Below are positions 32,950 through 45,029 of a stretch of 64,000 nt of DNA, piece by piece. Numbering within the stretch: the first letter of the stretch is position 1; every line of letters starts with the position of its first letter. The notes beneath the pieces are model-generated. The model was not told the DNA's origin. It saw nothing but the letters and a program-made list of their open reading frames with translations, and ran no database searches. The DNA comes from Mayamaea pseudoterrestris (lineage: Eukaryota): assembly GCA_027923505.1 (NCBI GenBank), contig BROI01000002.1:2604001-2668000 (forward strand). Direction: 5' to 3'. The position numbers and the translations under genes were made by a program.

Positions 32950-34494
32950 ATGCCAGCCGATCAGAGTCCCTTACTTGCACCAGAGAATGAGTCTTCGCGA
33001 CCATGGCTGTCGAATGGCCCTTTGATACCGGAAGATTCAAGTTTTTCGCGGCTCATTTCGCAAACAAATCCATCAAGTGCTCTCAACTTTGCTTCTCTTC
33101 GGCAGCCCGCATCGTCCGCAGCGATTGTTGAACCTTCATACTGCGCCATGACTGCGTCTACTTCATTATACACTATATTTGTTGGTTTTCTGCTTGCATC
33201 ATTCGTGACGACGGATGCATGGCAAGAGACCGTCTTGCAAGTCACAGTCGGGTCCTTTAAACCAGCGAACATTGTCCTACAGTCGCGATCACTCGCAACG
33301 CTCCTACAAGACTCGAACAATTTCACAGCAATGCTTATAATGTGGATGTCATATTTTGTGATTCCATTGTTATTCATGGTCGTCATGCCGCTTTGGATGG
33401 TGCATGATTTTTCAAGAACGTGGCTGGCATCTGACGTGCAATCAAGGGCTCGACTGCGCATCGAGCAGCTCGCCAAGGCTGCACTAATAATGATTTGGAT
33501 ACAAGCGGTACAGAATGTTGCACTGACTGGAATAACGATACAAACGTCGACTGGAGAATTGCTGGTACGCAATCGCTCGGGTGCAGGGTGGACAACCTTT
33601 TGCGTTGGCATGAGCTGCTGCCTTGCGGCCCTTTGTGTGCTGCGATATATACAGCACCGGAAAAGTGATGGTTTTGTTGCATGGAACGAGAACTTGCATC
33701 AGTACGCTCCAGTCGCATCACAGGCGCCGACGTCCATGGCTGTGCGATCGCCTCCACCCGAAGCTTTCGTACGTTTTCCATTCCGACATGGAGTAGTGGC
33801 CGATGAAGAGATCAGCATGACTGTTTTGGAGGATACACCATCAACGCCTCGTCACTGCAATCCGAAAATAAGTGATTTGGCGACACCTGAAGTGATGGAC
33901 GAAGTGGAGGTCAGCATGACGAATAGTCCCAAAGTTTCATCCTGGCAACGTGTGTTGGTCTTTCAGCTAGCATTACTTTCGACTATCTTGTGGATACCAA
34001 GTTTGTATATTCCCATCTTTTCGGTGCAATATCATGGACTGGCCTCTGTATTCGTGGTGGAGCCACAAAAGGCATTCTTTCTTTGGAACTTGGCAAGTTT
34101 CCATCAAGAGTTGCCAAGCGATGATCGCTTCTACAATAACATTCTGCTTAACATCGTTGCACTCTCATTTCTCATTACCATACCTTTGAAGTGCACCTGT
34201 TTGAGTATTGTGGCATGGCTTGGCGAGGGAACGTGGAGCACTTCAAGCCGGCGGATTATATACTCTCTGCAGCCTGCGCAAGGGAGTGGCATCGTGCTGC
34301 TGGCGGCCTTGATGATTGGCTTGACGACTTTGAATGTGGGCGACTCGACCCAATTCTGTAGACACTTGTTTATAGAGACGGAATGTTTCAGCGTAACTGG
34401 TCAGGTGGAAGTGGGTGCCTGGCTATACGCCTTGCACACGATTGTCTTGGAGTTGCTTGTGCAATGCACACTGAGATGGAGCTGTGCCAGCTAA
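32950..34494 (+). CDS. Multi-pass membrane protein of unknown function (two hydrophobic blocks separated by a soluble loop)
   Basis: 514-aa ORF with about 8 TM-like segments and an N-terminal QSPLL dileucine-like motif. Confidence 0.7.
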   Translation: MPADQSPLLAPENESSRPWLSNGPLIPEDSSFSRLISQTNPSSALNFASLRQPASSAAIVEPSYCAMTASTSLYTIFVGFLLASFVTTDAWQETVLQVTVGSFKPANIVLQSRSLATLLQDSNNFTAMLIMWMSYFVIPLLFMVVMPLWMVHDFSRTWLASDVQSRARLRIEQLAKAALIMIWIQAVQNVALTGITIQTSTGELLVRNRSGAGWTTFCVGMSCCLAALCVLRYIQHRKSDGFVAWNENLHQYAPVASQAPTSMAVRSPPPEAFVRFPFRHGVVADEEISMTVLEDTPSTPRHCNPKISDLATPEVMDEVEVSMTNSPKVSSWQRVLVFQLALLSTILWIPSLYIPIFSVQYHGLASVFVVEPQKAFFLWNLASFHQELPSDDRFYNNILLNIVALSFLITIPLKCTCLSIVAWLGEGTWSTSSRRIIYSLQPAQGSGIVLLAALMIGLTTLNVGDSTQFCRHLFIETECFSVTGQVEVGAWLYALHTIVLELLVQCTLRWSCAS

Positions 34495-34801
34495 TTCGTA
34501 TGGACGTCTTTGCATAAAAACTGCTACAATATGAAGTAAATGCGTAACGTATAAAATAATACATCACACAAGCTGCACATCTTCTCGTATGACACGAGGA
34601 TACTTTGCACGTATCCTTCTCACCTTTTATGAATCGCTCCGGTACTATATTGGGTCGTACTACGAGTCGTATTGCCACAAGGATCGCGGCGATGATGCGC
34701 CGCCCACCATGAAGCCGATAATGCTCTGTCAACAATGAGAGGAAACTATTGAGAGCGCCGAAAAATGAGAATATAGCACAGAAGCTCAATAATAATTCAT
34801 A

Positions 34802-37800
34802 ATGAGCGTCCTTTTTCGTACGCAAGCGTCGCTAGTTCCGTCGCGCAGGTTACAAAACGTGAGACATGTTCGATGGACCATGTCACTGCTCCTTTCGGCA
34901 AGAGTTCTTGGCTGCCATGCCTTTTCTATCGCTAATAATGCACAATGCCGACTTGACTCGAGATGTTACGCTGAGTCTGCATCGGATATATCAACGGATC
35001 GTTTGGTGCAGATTGGACGTGCCTCGTTCCAATCGCATTTTAGCCATCCACTCGACGATTGGCAGTGCGAGGCTGGAGGTGCCATAAGTGAAGGGTCCAA
35101 CGTCATTGTTTGCGCTCCCACTGGAGCCGGAAAGGTGGGTGGTAGATATGATGATGGATACATTGCTTTAAGTATGCCGTAGCTTCGTCTTGCTCACACA
35201 TATTCTGCACCCACCAGACAGTCGTTGGTGAAATGGCACTGATACATGCCACTCAGCTCAAGCGAAGGGGAATTTACACGACGCCACTAAAGGCTTTATC
35301 AAATCAGAAATACACGGAACTTATATCACGATTCAGTGGCGTTGGACTATCGACTGGCGACATCTCCATCAACAAGGGAGCTGCTGTCACCGTTATGACG
35401 ACTGAAGTTTTCCGCAACCAGGCATCGCGGTTTGGATCGTCAACGAACAATGACAATTCACTAGAAGATACTAGCGTCGTGGTATTGGACGAGTTTCACT
35501 ACATGGGACTGCCTGGCCGAGGAAGCGTTTGGGAAGAATCTGTAATCACTAGTCCAGACTTTGTTCAACTCATTGCCCTCTCGGCTACATTGTCAAACGC
35601 CCGTCAATTGGCCGAGTGGATTGAACACGTCACGCAACGACCAACTATATTGGTACAAGTGCCCGACTCGCAGCGGCCCGTGCCATTGCGGTACCTGTTT
35701 GCGACCCGGGATGGTTTATTTTCCTTGTTCCAGGATCCAGATGCGGGACCTGGTGCACCGCATGGGATGTTGGGATGGAAAGCGGATGGCTATGAACTAG
35801 AAATACTAGAGTCAGAGTCAGAATCGAATGACAAGAAAGGGTTTGGATTATCAAAGCAGGCACCAAAGAAGAAAAAGCTACCAAGAGGGCTTCAGATTAA
35901 TCCAGCTTTGAAAGCAGCAGCAGAAAAGCGAATGCAACGAGTCAACCGAGCGTTTGAACGTGCCAAGTTTGAAGCTAGTCTCGGAGTGGGACGTGGCCGC
36001 CGTCGGTTTGAAGATAATGATGAATTCTTTAACAAACTTAAAGGCGCTGGTGTGCGGAAATTGTCTGCCAAGGACGAACAGAAAGAGCGAGAGCGCTTGT
36101 TGAAGAAGGAAATGCGACGGTCCGTCCCATCACTATCAGCACTGGTGCAGCGGCTGGACCAGAAGGAACTGCTACCAGCTATTTTCTTTCTTTTCTCCCG
36201 AGCAGGATGTGACGAAGCTGCTCGTGGGATATCTCAGTCGATGAGGGGACCGAGAGATCCAAACAATCTGCTTGTAGGCGAGGAGCAAGTTGACTGGAAA
36301 CCTAAGCGAAAGAATACAAAACCACAAAAAAGTGGAGCGAAACGAGCCTCGGGCCTTCTAGAAGACTCGAATGGCCGCGTCTTTCGCTCGGGAAGCAATT
36401 ATATCGACGAAGATTTTGTGTCGGCGATATACGAAAGCGAGGTTCGAGCCCGGATCAATGGTGACGAGTACGAGGAGTCCTCACCGCTTTCGCCACGTAG
36501 CTACAACTTTTTTGCATCAGCTGGTTTATTAAAGCTCAGCCAAGTCGAGGAAGTTGCTAATCGGGTCGCGCAATTCAATAAAAACAATCCTGAGATATCA
36601 TTCGAAGAGGACGTTATTGAGCAATTCTTATGCGGTGTTGGCTCGCACCACGCCGGTCAGCTTCCTGCCCACAAGTCGTTTGTCGAATCATTATTTCAAA
36701 GGCAACTCATGAAGGCGGTTTTTGCCACGGAGACACTTGCTGCTGGTATTAACATGCCCGCTCGGACAACTGTTATCTGTGCGTTGGCAAAGCGAGGAGA
36801 TGGTAGTTCCATGAACTTGTTGGAAACCTCGAACCTGCTACAAATGGCAGGCAGAGCGGGTCGTCGAGGAATGGATACATCTGGAACTTGTGTCATTCTT
36901 GCGACACCGTTCGAAAGTGAAAATGACGCTGGGAAAATATTAACGGACGACATCAAACCCATCATGTCCCAATTTACTCCGTCGTATACATTGGCTGTCA
37001 ATTTGATCGCCCGCGGCGAAGGGTCGCTTGATGTCGCGAAAACTCTGGTCCAGAAGTCCTTTGCGATGTGGCAGAAGAGATTATACGAAGAGACAACTCC
37101 AAGCATAGATGATGATTTGGAATTGGATGTTTGTGTGTCGTCGGGAGCTAATTTCTTCGATGAGCTTGTTAAATCTCTTCAGCTACAGGTGAACAAGCGG
37201 AGTGCAAAGCATGACACAGCTAGGATTGAGTCAATGCTTGATTTGCTGAACAACCCAGAGCACCTCAAGAAAGTTTCCAAGTCCTTCACTGGACTTGTGT
37301 CGTTGATTGAGGTTGAGCGTGCCACAGTAGGATATCTGGAACAAGAGCTGCAAGAACTTCAAACCTCATCGTTTGATACGTCGGATGACTTTTTAAGCAG
37401 CATTCTGCACGAAGACGAGAAAGAGTTAATGAATCAGATCCTGTTGCAACGGGATAGGGTATCAATTTCAGACAAGGACCTGAAAAAGCATCCGTTCTCA
37501 ACGATCACCAACGTCGCCAACGATATTATGGCCGACGAAGCAGTGGAAGGGCTGACACTCAGAAACGCTTTGAATACTGCAAGAAGAGATCTGACGGACG
37601 AAGCGAGCAAGTCGAGAGGGACGTTGCCTTTGACGGGATTGGAGTTATCGTCGTATGCCAAACATTCCATCGTTATGCGCAGGAGAACGCGGAAGACAAT
37701 GTCTCGGATGAAAAGTGGAGGCACAGACGCTGCTATGCAACACATTAAAGCTCTGCCTGCTGACGATGCTTGGAGTGATCTACTAGCTATTACGCGGACC

Positions 37801-38772
37801 CTTATAGCCTATGGATGCCTCAAAGTAGATCCGGCTCTCTCATCGGACTCAAACCTTGAACAAAGTCGCTTTAAGTTGACTGATGCTGGAATTAATGTCG
37901 GCATGCTTGGCTTTGAAAACTCGCTCTGGTGCCTTGTCGCTATGGGAGGCGCCTGGGATGTAGCGGCAGCCTCACACAAACTTGATGCTTCCCGAAAACC
38001 TGGGTTAGAGTTCACCAGTGATGCGGAGACTGGGCAAGACGATGTCGAGACGTTTGACATATCACTTTATTCGCAACGGGAGGCTGCAGATCTGACCGAT
38101 AAACTCCGAACAATGTCTATCAGCGAACTTGCGGGGTACGTCTCCTGTCTTGTCTCTGATTTTGAAGCAAAGGGAGACGGGTCGATCACGATCGTTGATC
38201 GATTTCAGCGCTTGACTAAGAAGCAACAGAAGTCGATTCAAAGCTCATTAGTGGTACTCGAGAGATTTATGGAGGTGCAAAAGGTGTTTTCCGTTGATGA
38301 GAAACCCCGCAGATGTACATTGTAAGATCGCCTCGCGTCGAATCGCCTTGCATCACAATCAAACTCACGCGAATTGTCTCTCTTCTGTAGCGATATTTCG
38401 AACTGCGAGGTTGTGACAGAATGGGCAGCTGGTTGTAGCTGGAATGAAGCACTCGCACTGGCGGACGTGCCACCAGGCGACCTGGTCCGCACACTCAGTC
38501 GCGCACTCGATGGCCTCCGACAGCTCGGGAACCTCCCTTTCACCCCATTAAGAAAAGGCGACCTTGACGAATCAAGTTCAGCAGACCTTTTATCGCCTCG
38601 TGGTCTGCATCCAGAGGTTCGAAAACTTTGCCGTGACGCGGCCAAGGCAATTAATCGATATCCTGTGAAGGATTTCTTGACGTTCGACACCGGCGAGCAG
38701 GAAGATGATGATGATATGGACATGGAAGACACTATCGACGACGTTCGAGTACCAATCGAAGATTCTAATTAG
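34802..38772 (+). CDS. Ski2-like DExH RNA helicase, ISE2-like, plastid-targeted; introns 35135-35217 and 38322-38390
   Basis: APTGAGK|T, YTTPLKALSNQK, DEFH, LSATL, HHAG, ATETLAAGINMPART, QMAGRAGRRGMD and DSHCT-like PPGDLVRTLSRALDGLRQ. Presequence CHA-FS. Confidence 0.88.
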
Positions 38773-38837
38773 CAGCTTTACATATGGAGGCCGACATCAT
38801 GTTAGAATAAAAGCGCTACCCGGCACTAATCTATACA

Positions 38838-39746
38838 TTAATGCACATCGTCAGCAATTAATCGCCCATGAAGATAAGCGAACATGCACAATACGAGCGT
38901 AAGCAAAATAAAGGTTTCTCGCGGATGCTCCTGCATCAACATGGCCACGACTTGTAACCATCCAGGCGATGCAGATTTTAGCGAATTCAATTCGGCGAGT
39001 TCATCGGCTTGTAGAATGGAGCTGGAAACGACCACATTTATGTTGTCATCTTGCTCCACTCGTTTGTCATTGCGTTTCTTTCGCGCCAGTGGTGCCATTT
39101 CAGCGCTCGTGACATGCTGCGGCAACCTCCGCCCCATCAAGTCAAAAATCCAAGACTTCGCAGATCCGCCAGCATCGATTCTCTGCGCCTGCAACAAATC
39201 CATGCTCTCACCACTAACCATGACTGGCAATGGCGTATTCTCTTTCGACATGCGATCTTCCAGATCATCCATAAACCTATTTCGTTTTTTCGTTTTGCTT
39301 CGTCCAGATGTGTGCTGCAGATCAAGATCACCATCGTCCGACTCTTGTCCACAAATGGCGCCGGTCGTAAGTCCCTCCTCCTCGTCATATCTTGATAGTT
39401 CATGATTCGAAGACTTGATCATGGCATCTTCGGCAAAAGGCAAGACGGGCGCACTCGTGTTGCTGTCACGTCCCGACGGTATGTAGTCTATAGCGTGTTG
39501 TCGAACAGAAGATGCTACATCGGTTACCAAAACTGGAAATGACCACTTGCTGCCTTTCGCAGGCTCACGAAGAAACTTTGCTTGACTCTGCCCGTGTTGT
39601 TTCCTCTTCACATTCAACGAATCGCTGTGAATATAGTCGTCCTGAGCAGCCATGTCGTCGAAGCTCAAGCCTTTAAAGTTCTTCGCCGCGACTGCGACTT
39701 TCTCGGCTTGCTGTTGCATTCGTTTGGTAATGTCGGCAAGATTCAT
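38838..39746 (-). CDS. Hypothetical tail-anchored protein
   Basis: 302-aa hydrophilic ORF from MNLADITKRM with a single C-terminal TM segment (FILLTLVLCMFAYL). Confidence 0.6.
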   Translation of the reverse strand: MNLADITKRMQQQAEKVAVAAKNFKGLSFDDMAAQDDYIHSDSLNVKRKQHGQSQAKFLREPAKGSKWSFPVLVTDVASSVRQHAIDYIPSGRDSNTSAPVLPFAEDAMIKSSNHELSRYDEEEGLTTGAICGQESDDGDLDLQHTSGRSKTKKRNRFMDDLEDRMSKENTPLPVMVSGESMDLLQAQRIDAGGSAKSWIFDLMGRRLPQHVTSAEMAPLARKKRNDKRVEQDDNINVVVSSSILQADELAELNSLKSASPGWLQVVAMLMQEHPRETFILLTLVLCMFAYLHGRLIADDVH

Positions 39747-39963
39747 TTTTAGCCAACAGTTGCAGGTAACAAACAGTATGAAAGAAGTTGGAAAGAAACG
39801 CGACAATTGTAGAGCGTGCAGTATGCAGTTGAGTTGTGAAAACTGCTGCCCCGCGCCGTCGCGCCAAAACGGAAGTAGTTGTCGCTCCGGTTTTGAGTGT
39901 TTAACGCGTTGAAACGCTATCACGCACAAAAATGCCAGTAGTGCGCTACTAAACGCCTTAACA

Positions 39964-41253
39964 TCAAAAATGAAAGCTAGAGCCCTCCCGTTCACCATAA
40001 TCGTATATTATCTCGAAACAGCAGCAACTAGATTCTCTCGACAGGAACGAAGGCAAACATGCACAATTATAAAGCGAATGAATTGCTTCTAAAACCGCAT
40101 GCTGCACATCGTCTACCAGCTCTTTCGACGTGAATCCATCCAAAGCACTTCGGGCTATTGTGATTATGAATGGTGGGTGACATTGTAGCCGAATTCGCTG
40201 ACACATGCGATCGGTCATATGTAGCAACTCGTTGGATGTCAAAAGGGTCTTACTGTGAGGCATGGTCCAGTATGGCATGGCTTCTGTGGCAGCAGATATT
40301 AACTTTTGCTTATCCCCTCGAAAATTTTCAAGACTCTGCTGTAGCTCCGATACAAGTTGCTGGGCTTGTACAGCAGTTTCAAAGAAGCCACACAGGTGAA
40401 TGTAGGCCGCCGATGACGACCACATATCCTGCGGCGACTGTTGAAAGAAACACCTTAAGAGCTCCGTCATGGCTGTCTGAAAGGCACGCGGTACTCCAGC
40501 ACTGTGTTGGGAGGTCGATAAGATGCTCATGCGAAACAACTCATCCAATGCAGTTGTAAAGTCGTTGCTCATGTTATGCAAATCCGAAATAAACGGGTTT
40601 AATGGGCAAAAATAGTCGAGACAAATGTCGAGAATCCAATGGTCCGACACCCTCGGTGGATGTGATGTCGTCAGATCAGCCACTCGCAAATTAAATTCCT
40701 GCTTTAGGACCAAATCCTCAGTCGCCACACAAGCATCGCCACCCGCATCATCGCGATAGTAAGGTACATTCCAATCAACCCGCAGCCTGGCGGAGTCAGG
40801 AAGGTTCTGGAATGTGATTAGCGAATCAGGCCTGTCCAACTCCGGTATGTATATACCAATATGGAAGGAATGGTCTCCTATAGGAAGTTGCTCGAACATG
40901 CTAGGCTGTCGAATCCAGTCGACAGATCGAAGATTCGCTGCGAGAGCCAAAGGTAGAATCCACTCGGCAATTCCAGTGGACGAAAGGTCCAGTCGTTCAT
41001 ACAAATCCTTGCCATCATCATCGTCGTCTGTCACACATCGGGGCTGGAAGCATAGTTTAGCTGGTATATTCATGGGACAAGCCAAATCGGCATGAGCATC
41101 GAAATGCAGCATGTACAATGGTTTGCTCAGCAAATTCTTTCGACGCAGTACGTGGTGAATGTGCTCAAGTACATGCTGATGAGACTCAACTACAACGACA
41201 GGAATCGCTGAAGATAGTTTTCTGTGTTTCTTGGTGCTGCGCGATGTTTCCAT
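39964..41253 (-). CDS. UPF0489 (C5orf22-like) protein
   Basis: VVESHQHVL, LHFDAHADL, IAEWILPL, LDICLDYF..NPF and ITIARS..DGFT. Confidence 0.85.
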   Translation of the reverse strand: METSRSTKKHRKLSSAIPVVVVESHQHVLEHIHHVLRRKNLLSKPLYMLHFDAHADLACPMNIPAKLCFQPRCVTDDDDDGKDLYERLDLSSTGIAEWILPLALAANLRSVDWIRQPSMFEQLPIGDHSFHIGIYIPELDRPDSLITFQNLPDSARLRVDWNVPYYRDDAGGDACVATEDLVLKQEFNLRVADLTTSHPPRVSDHWILDICLDYFCPLNPFISDLHNMSNDFTTALDELFRMSILSTSQHSAGVPRAFQTAMTELLRCFFQQSPQDMWSSSAAYIHLCGFFETAVQAQQLVSELQQSLENFRGDKQKLISAATEAMPYWTMPHSKTLLTSNELLHMTDRMCQRIRLQCHPPFIITIARSALDGFTSKELVDDVQHAVLEAIHSLYNCACLPSFLSRESSCCCFEIIYDYGEREGSSFHF

Positions 41254-41441
41254 AGTTTGTTATCACTGGCGTTATTGCCGCACGACGAGAAGCGACGAAT
41301 GTCGGTCGTGCCATGAAAGAAAAATTGATCGCCATTGTCGCACCGGTCTTATCACGTAGGCTGCACGTTTCGGCGGTACCTAGCTGAAGCAATGCACAAC
41401 ACAAGCAAGTACAATAATTGTTAAGCTATTGGTGGTTATTA

Positions 41442-42734
41442 TCATATCAAATCTTCTTCCAGCTGCTCACAAATGAATTCCTGAAAGGATTCTGATTGAT
41501 GGAGGGCCGTCGCACTCTCCGCTTCCTGCAGCAGCTGCATCAAATGATGGAGGTTATGAATCATGAGCAGCATGGTCGCCAACATTTCCTTGGCACACAC
41601 CAGGTGGTACATGTAGGACCGACTGTGTGTTCTGCAAACATAGCAGGAACATCCGTGGACCATTGGCGCCTTGTCGGAGAACCAAGAATGAGTGTTGACA
41701 CTTTTGTTCGTTGGCTCAAGGTTGACGCAACCATCTCTTTCCATGCGGCAGTCTCCTGAAGCGGTAATGCGGCGGCGCTTACTTTCATTAGTGTCGCCAT
41801 TGTTTGCATGTTTCCAGCCAGAGAGATTGACGATTAGGGCCTTCTGCGATTCGGCCAACTTGGCTGCCAAGTTGCATCCAACCACGTTGCATCCATTGCA
41901 CGCAGCAGTTACAAATTGCTTCAAAGAATCAACAGAAAGCACCACCATATCAAGGTGCAGACTCTGAAGCTTGTTTCTTGTCGAAAAGAGTACTTGCCGC
42001 GCAAGACTTTCGTCTTGGATATGCTTCCATCCAATTAGCGCCACCCCTTGCACCTTCCGCTCTACAGCGGCAGCTCGTATAAACTCGAGCTGGTGTTCAA
42101 ATTCGATGCCTGTACCAGGATCCACCAAGAGAGGAACCCAAGCAGCTGAGTCATTGTCATTGTTATTTTCAATCCAATGCTGAAACCATTCTCTGGTGCG
42201 AGTAATCGCTGCTCGACTGCGAGAGTTACAGTTGGTATCCCCTGCACCAGTTGTTGGTGGAATCATGTCGTAGAGAGGAAGCGTGATTTGTGATGCAAGC
42301 CCTTGAGAAGCTTCCGCGTATGATTGCGGCGTGAGTGCGAGTCTTCCGTTTGGCGTCCAGGTCATGACATGATTGTCATTTACCGTGAAATTTGAATCTT
42401 TCTTGTCGGCTTCATCGTCAATGAGGTCAAAGGATGGGACTGCTACTCGAGTATAGTCATGTAGCCATGAGTCAATCGTAACAGACCCAGAAAATGTGTA
42501 GCCTCGCGGTCGAGTATTGCCTTGCGGATAGACTGGAACGACGCAGGTGTCACGCACCGCCAATCCAACAAGGAATTGATCACAGGCGGAGGCTGGAAAA
42601 AACTTTCGGAAGCTTTCCGGCGTCAAATGAGGAATCACTCCATCAACAGTGTGGATCAATAGACGAATGCTATGTCGTGAAGGTTGCTGCTGCGCCTCAT
42701 TAGAAGCACCTTCCAGCGCTTTCCTCTTCGCCAT
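41442..42734 (-). CDS. QTRT2: Queuine tRNA-ribosyltransferase accessory subunit
   Basis: N-terminal GVIPHLTP and TGT Zn site GCSCYVCRTHSRSYMYHL..EML..LLMIHNLHH. The catalytic-subunit DSGG motif is absent. Confidence 0.8.
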   Translation of the reverse strand: MAKRKALEGASNEAQQQPSRHSIRLLIHTVDGVIPHLTPESFRKFFPASACDQFLVGLAVRDTCVVPVYPQGNTRPRGYTFSGSVTIDSWLHDYTRVAVPSFDLIDDEADKKDSNFTVNDNHVMTWTPNGRLALTPQSYAEASQGLASQITLPLYDMIPPTTGAGDTNCNSRSRAAITRTREWFQHWIENNNDNDSAAWVPLLVDPGTGIEFEHQLEFIRAAAVERKVQGVALIGWKHIQDESLARQVLFSTRNKLQSLHLDMVVLSVDSLKQFVTAACNGCNVVGCNLAAKLAESQKALIVNLSGWKHANNGDTNESKRRRITASGDCRMERDGCVNLEPTNKSVNTHSWFSDKAPMVHGCSCYVCRTHSRSYMYHLVCAKEMLATMLLMIHNLHHLMQLLQEAESATALHQSESFQEFICEQLEEDLI

Positions 42735-42878
42735 GGTGGATTTCTGTGTGGTGCAGTCTCATGCGTCGGAATTGCAGTCCCAGTCCGACGCGCGACGCAC
42801 TGGTATTAACCAAGTTTTCGCACGACTACACGCGTCGCTCCTTCCGCCGCTCATTTATTTTCCTTTGTCCGATTCATC

Positions 42879-45029
42879 ATGAGCTTTTCCTCGGCCGCTC
42901 GTGCCTCCACAAGGCTTGCTGTTCGACGAACAAGCCAATCACTGCGAACATCAAGATTGATACAAGCCAGTCGTCCAATCTTGACTTCGCATGGTCTTCG
43001 ATTCCTTTCTGAATCCATTGCTGCGCCGCAGGAGGAAAAGAAGGTGGAACAACTCGAGTTTCAGGCTGAAACGCGACAGCTTCTGGACATTGTCACCAAC
43101 TCCCTTTACACTGAAAAGAGTCTGTTTCTCAGAGAGTTAATTAGCAACGCATCCGATGCTTTGGAAAAGCTTCGTCACATTCAAGCGACCAACGAACAAA
43201 CTCTGGCGGCCGACTCGACGCCGCTGGAAATTCGCATAGACTTGGATGAGGTTACAAGTACCATTACTATTACCGACACGGGGATTGGAATGACTCGCGA
43301 TGAAATGATTAGCAACATTGGAACGATTGCAAGCTCGGGATCCAAAAAGTTTTTGCAGCAAATGGGACAACAGCAAGCGACCGATGGCTCATCTTTTGCC
43401 TCAACGGACCCAAGCAAAGGGATTATTGGCCGCTTTGGAGTTGGATTTTATAGCGCATTCATGATTGGAGAGAAGGTGGAAGTCCGATCTCGTTCAGCTT
43501 TGGACGAAAACAAGGATTTGACGCCCAAACTGTGGTCATCGGATGGTGCTGGTTCCTACGAAATTTCCAACCTGCCAGAGGAGGTACGCCAGGAACGCGG
43601 CAGCTCCATCGTCATTCACCTCAAGGACGAGTATTGGGACTATTGCGACGAAATTCGCATTGAGAAGATTCTCAAAAGATATTCAAACTTTGTAAACTTT
43701 CCTATCTACTTGAACGGCAGACGCGTCAATACGCTTGAAGCAATCTGGGCCAAGGACCCAAAGGAAGTGTCGGATGAAGACTATTCTGCCTTTTACAAGT
43801 ACATTGCAAATGCAGTGGACGAACCACTGGATGTTTACCATTTCAGGGTTGATGCTCCGCTCGACATGAAGGCGCTGCTTTTCATCCCATCCTTCCACTC
43901 TGAAAAGTATGGCATGGGACGGATGGAACCAGGCGTGTCAGTCTACAGCCGCAAGGTTCTTATAGAATCGAAAAGCCCAGACATATTGCCAGATTGGATG
44001 CGTTTCGTTAAAGGAGTCGTCGACTCGGAAGACTTGCCGCTAGCTGTATCGCGAGAAAAGGCGCAAGACTCGGCGCTGGTTGCAAAACTGCGCAAGGCGC
44101 TGACGCGCAAGTTCATTTCACACTTGACGAAAATGGTCAAGGATGACCGATCCAAGTATATTGATGAATTTTTCAAGGAGTATTCCTTCTTCTTGAAGGA
44201 GGGCCTTTGCCAAGACTACGAGTGGCAGTCGCAGTTGGCCAAGCTCTTATACTTTGAAACGTCCAAGGGTTCCACCACCGAGCTCCGGTCTCTTGACGAG
44301 TACATATCCTCCATGAGACCCGAGCAAAAGGATATTTACTACCTGGTCGCGCCCACGCGCGACGCAGCTATAAACAGTCCATATCTTGAAGCATTTGAAA
44401 AGGCTGGCGTTGAAGTTTTGTTCCTCTTTACTGCCATTGATGATTTCGTCATGGCGAATCTGGAGCAGTTTGAAGGTCGCAAACTGGTTTCGGTTGAAAA
44501 GGGAGACATTGACCTGTCCGATCTTTCGCGCACGGAAAAGAATGAGACTGATGATAATGTGTATAAAGCATCGCGAGAGCTAACGAGCATCGAGTGTCTC
44601 GAATTTTGCGACTGGTTTCGCAAGGAACTTGGCGACAAGAGAGTAGCATCTTGTACCGTCACCAATCGACTAACTTCCTCGCCAGCCATTGTCACGGACA
44701 ATGAGAGTGGAGCTATGCGACGCATGATGCGTTTGGTGGACACAAGTGAAGGCAGTCGCGATGGCATCCCCTTGCCCAAACAGAATGTTGAGATTAACCC
44801 AAAGCACGCCGTCATTGTTGGAATTTACGAGCTAAAGGCAACCGAACCAACGCTTGCCAAAGTTCTCGCCGAGCAGGTGTACGACAATTGCTTGGTGGCA
44901 GCAGGATTGTTGGATGACAGTCGTTCCATGTTGCCTCGTTTGAATGATTTGCTATTGTGTGTAGTAAACGGAGCCAAAGCTACGGCGGAGAACGACGATG
45001 CAAAATTGACAAATAAAACAAGTGAATAG
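42879..45029 (+). CDS. TRAP1: Mitochondrial HSP90 (TRAP1/HSP75)
   Basis: Arg/Ser-rich mitochondrial presequence, then FQAETRQLLDIV, FLRELISNASDALEK, DTGIGM, IIGRFGVGFYSAF and VSVYSRKVLI. No MEEVD or KDEL tail. Confidence 0.93.
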   Translation: MSFSSAARASTRLAVRRTSQSLRTSRLIQASRPILTSHGLRFLSESIAAPQEEKKVEQLEFQAETRQLLDIVTNSLYTEKSLFLRELISNASDALEKLRHIQATNEQTLAADSTPLEIRIDLDEVTSTITITDTGIGMTRDEMISNIGTIASSGSKKFLQQMGQQQATDGSSFASTDPSKGIIGRFGVGFYSAFMIGEKVEVRSRSALDENKDLTPKLWSSDGAGSYEISNLPEEVRQERGSSIVIHLKDEYWDYCDEIRIEKILKRYSNFVNFPIYLNGRRVNTLEAIWAKDPKEVSDEDYSAFYKYIANAVDEPLDVYHFRVDAPLDMKALLFIPSFHSEKYGMGRMEPGVSVYSRKVLIESKSPDILPDWMRFVKGVVDSEDLPLAVSREKAQDSALVAKLRKALTRKFISHLTKMVKDDRSKYIDEFFKEYSFFLKEGLCQDYEWQSQLAKLLYFETSKGSTTELRSLDEYISSMRPEQKDIYYLVAPTRDAAINSPYLEAFEKAGVEVLFLFTAIDDFVMANLEQFEGRKLVSVEKGDIDLSDLSRTEKNETDDNVYKASRELTSIECLEFCDWFRKELGDKRVASCTVTNRLTSSPAIVTDNESGAMRRMMRLVDTSEGSRDGIPLPKQNVEINPKHAVIVGIYELKATEPTLAKVLAEQVYDNCLVAAGLLDDSRSMLPRLNDLLLCVVNGAKATAENDDAKLTNKTSE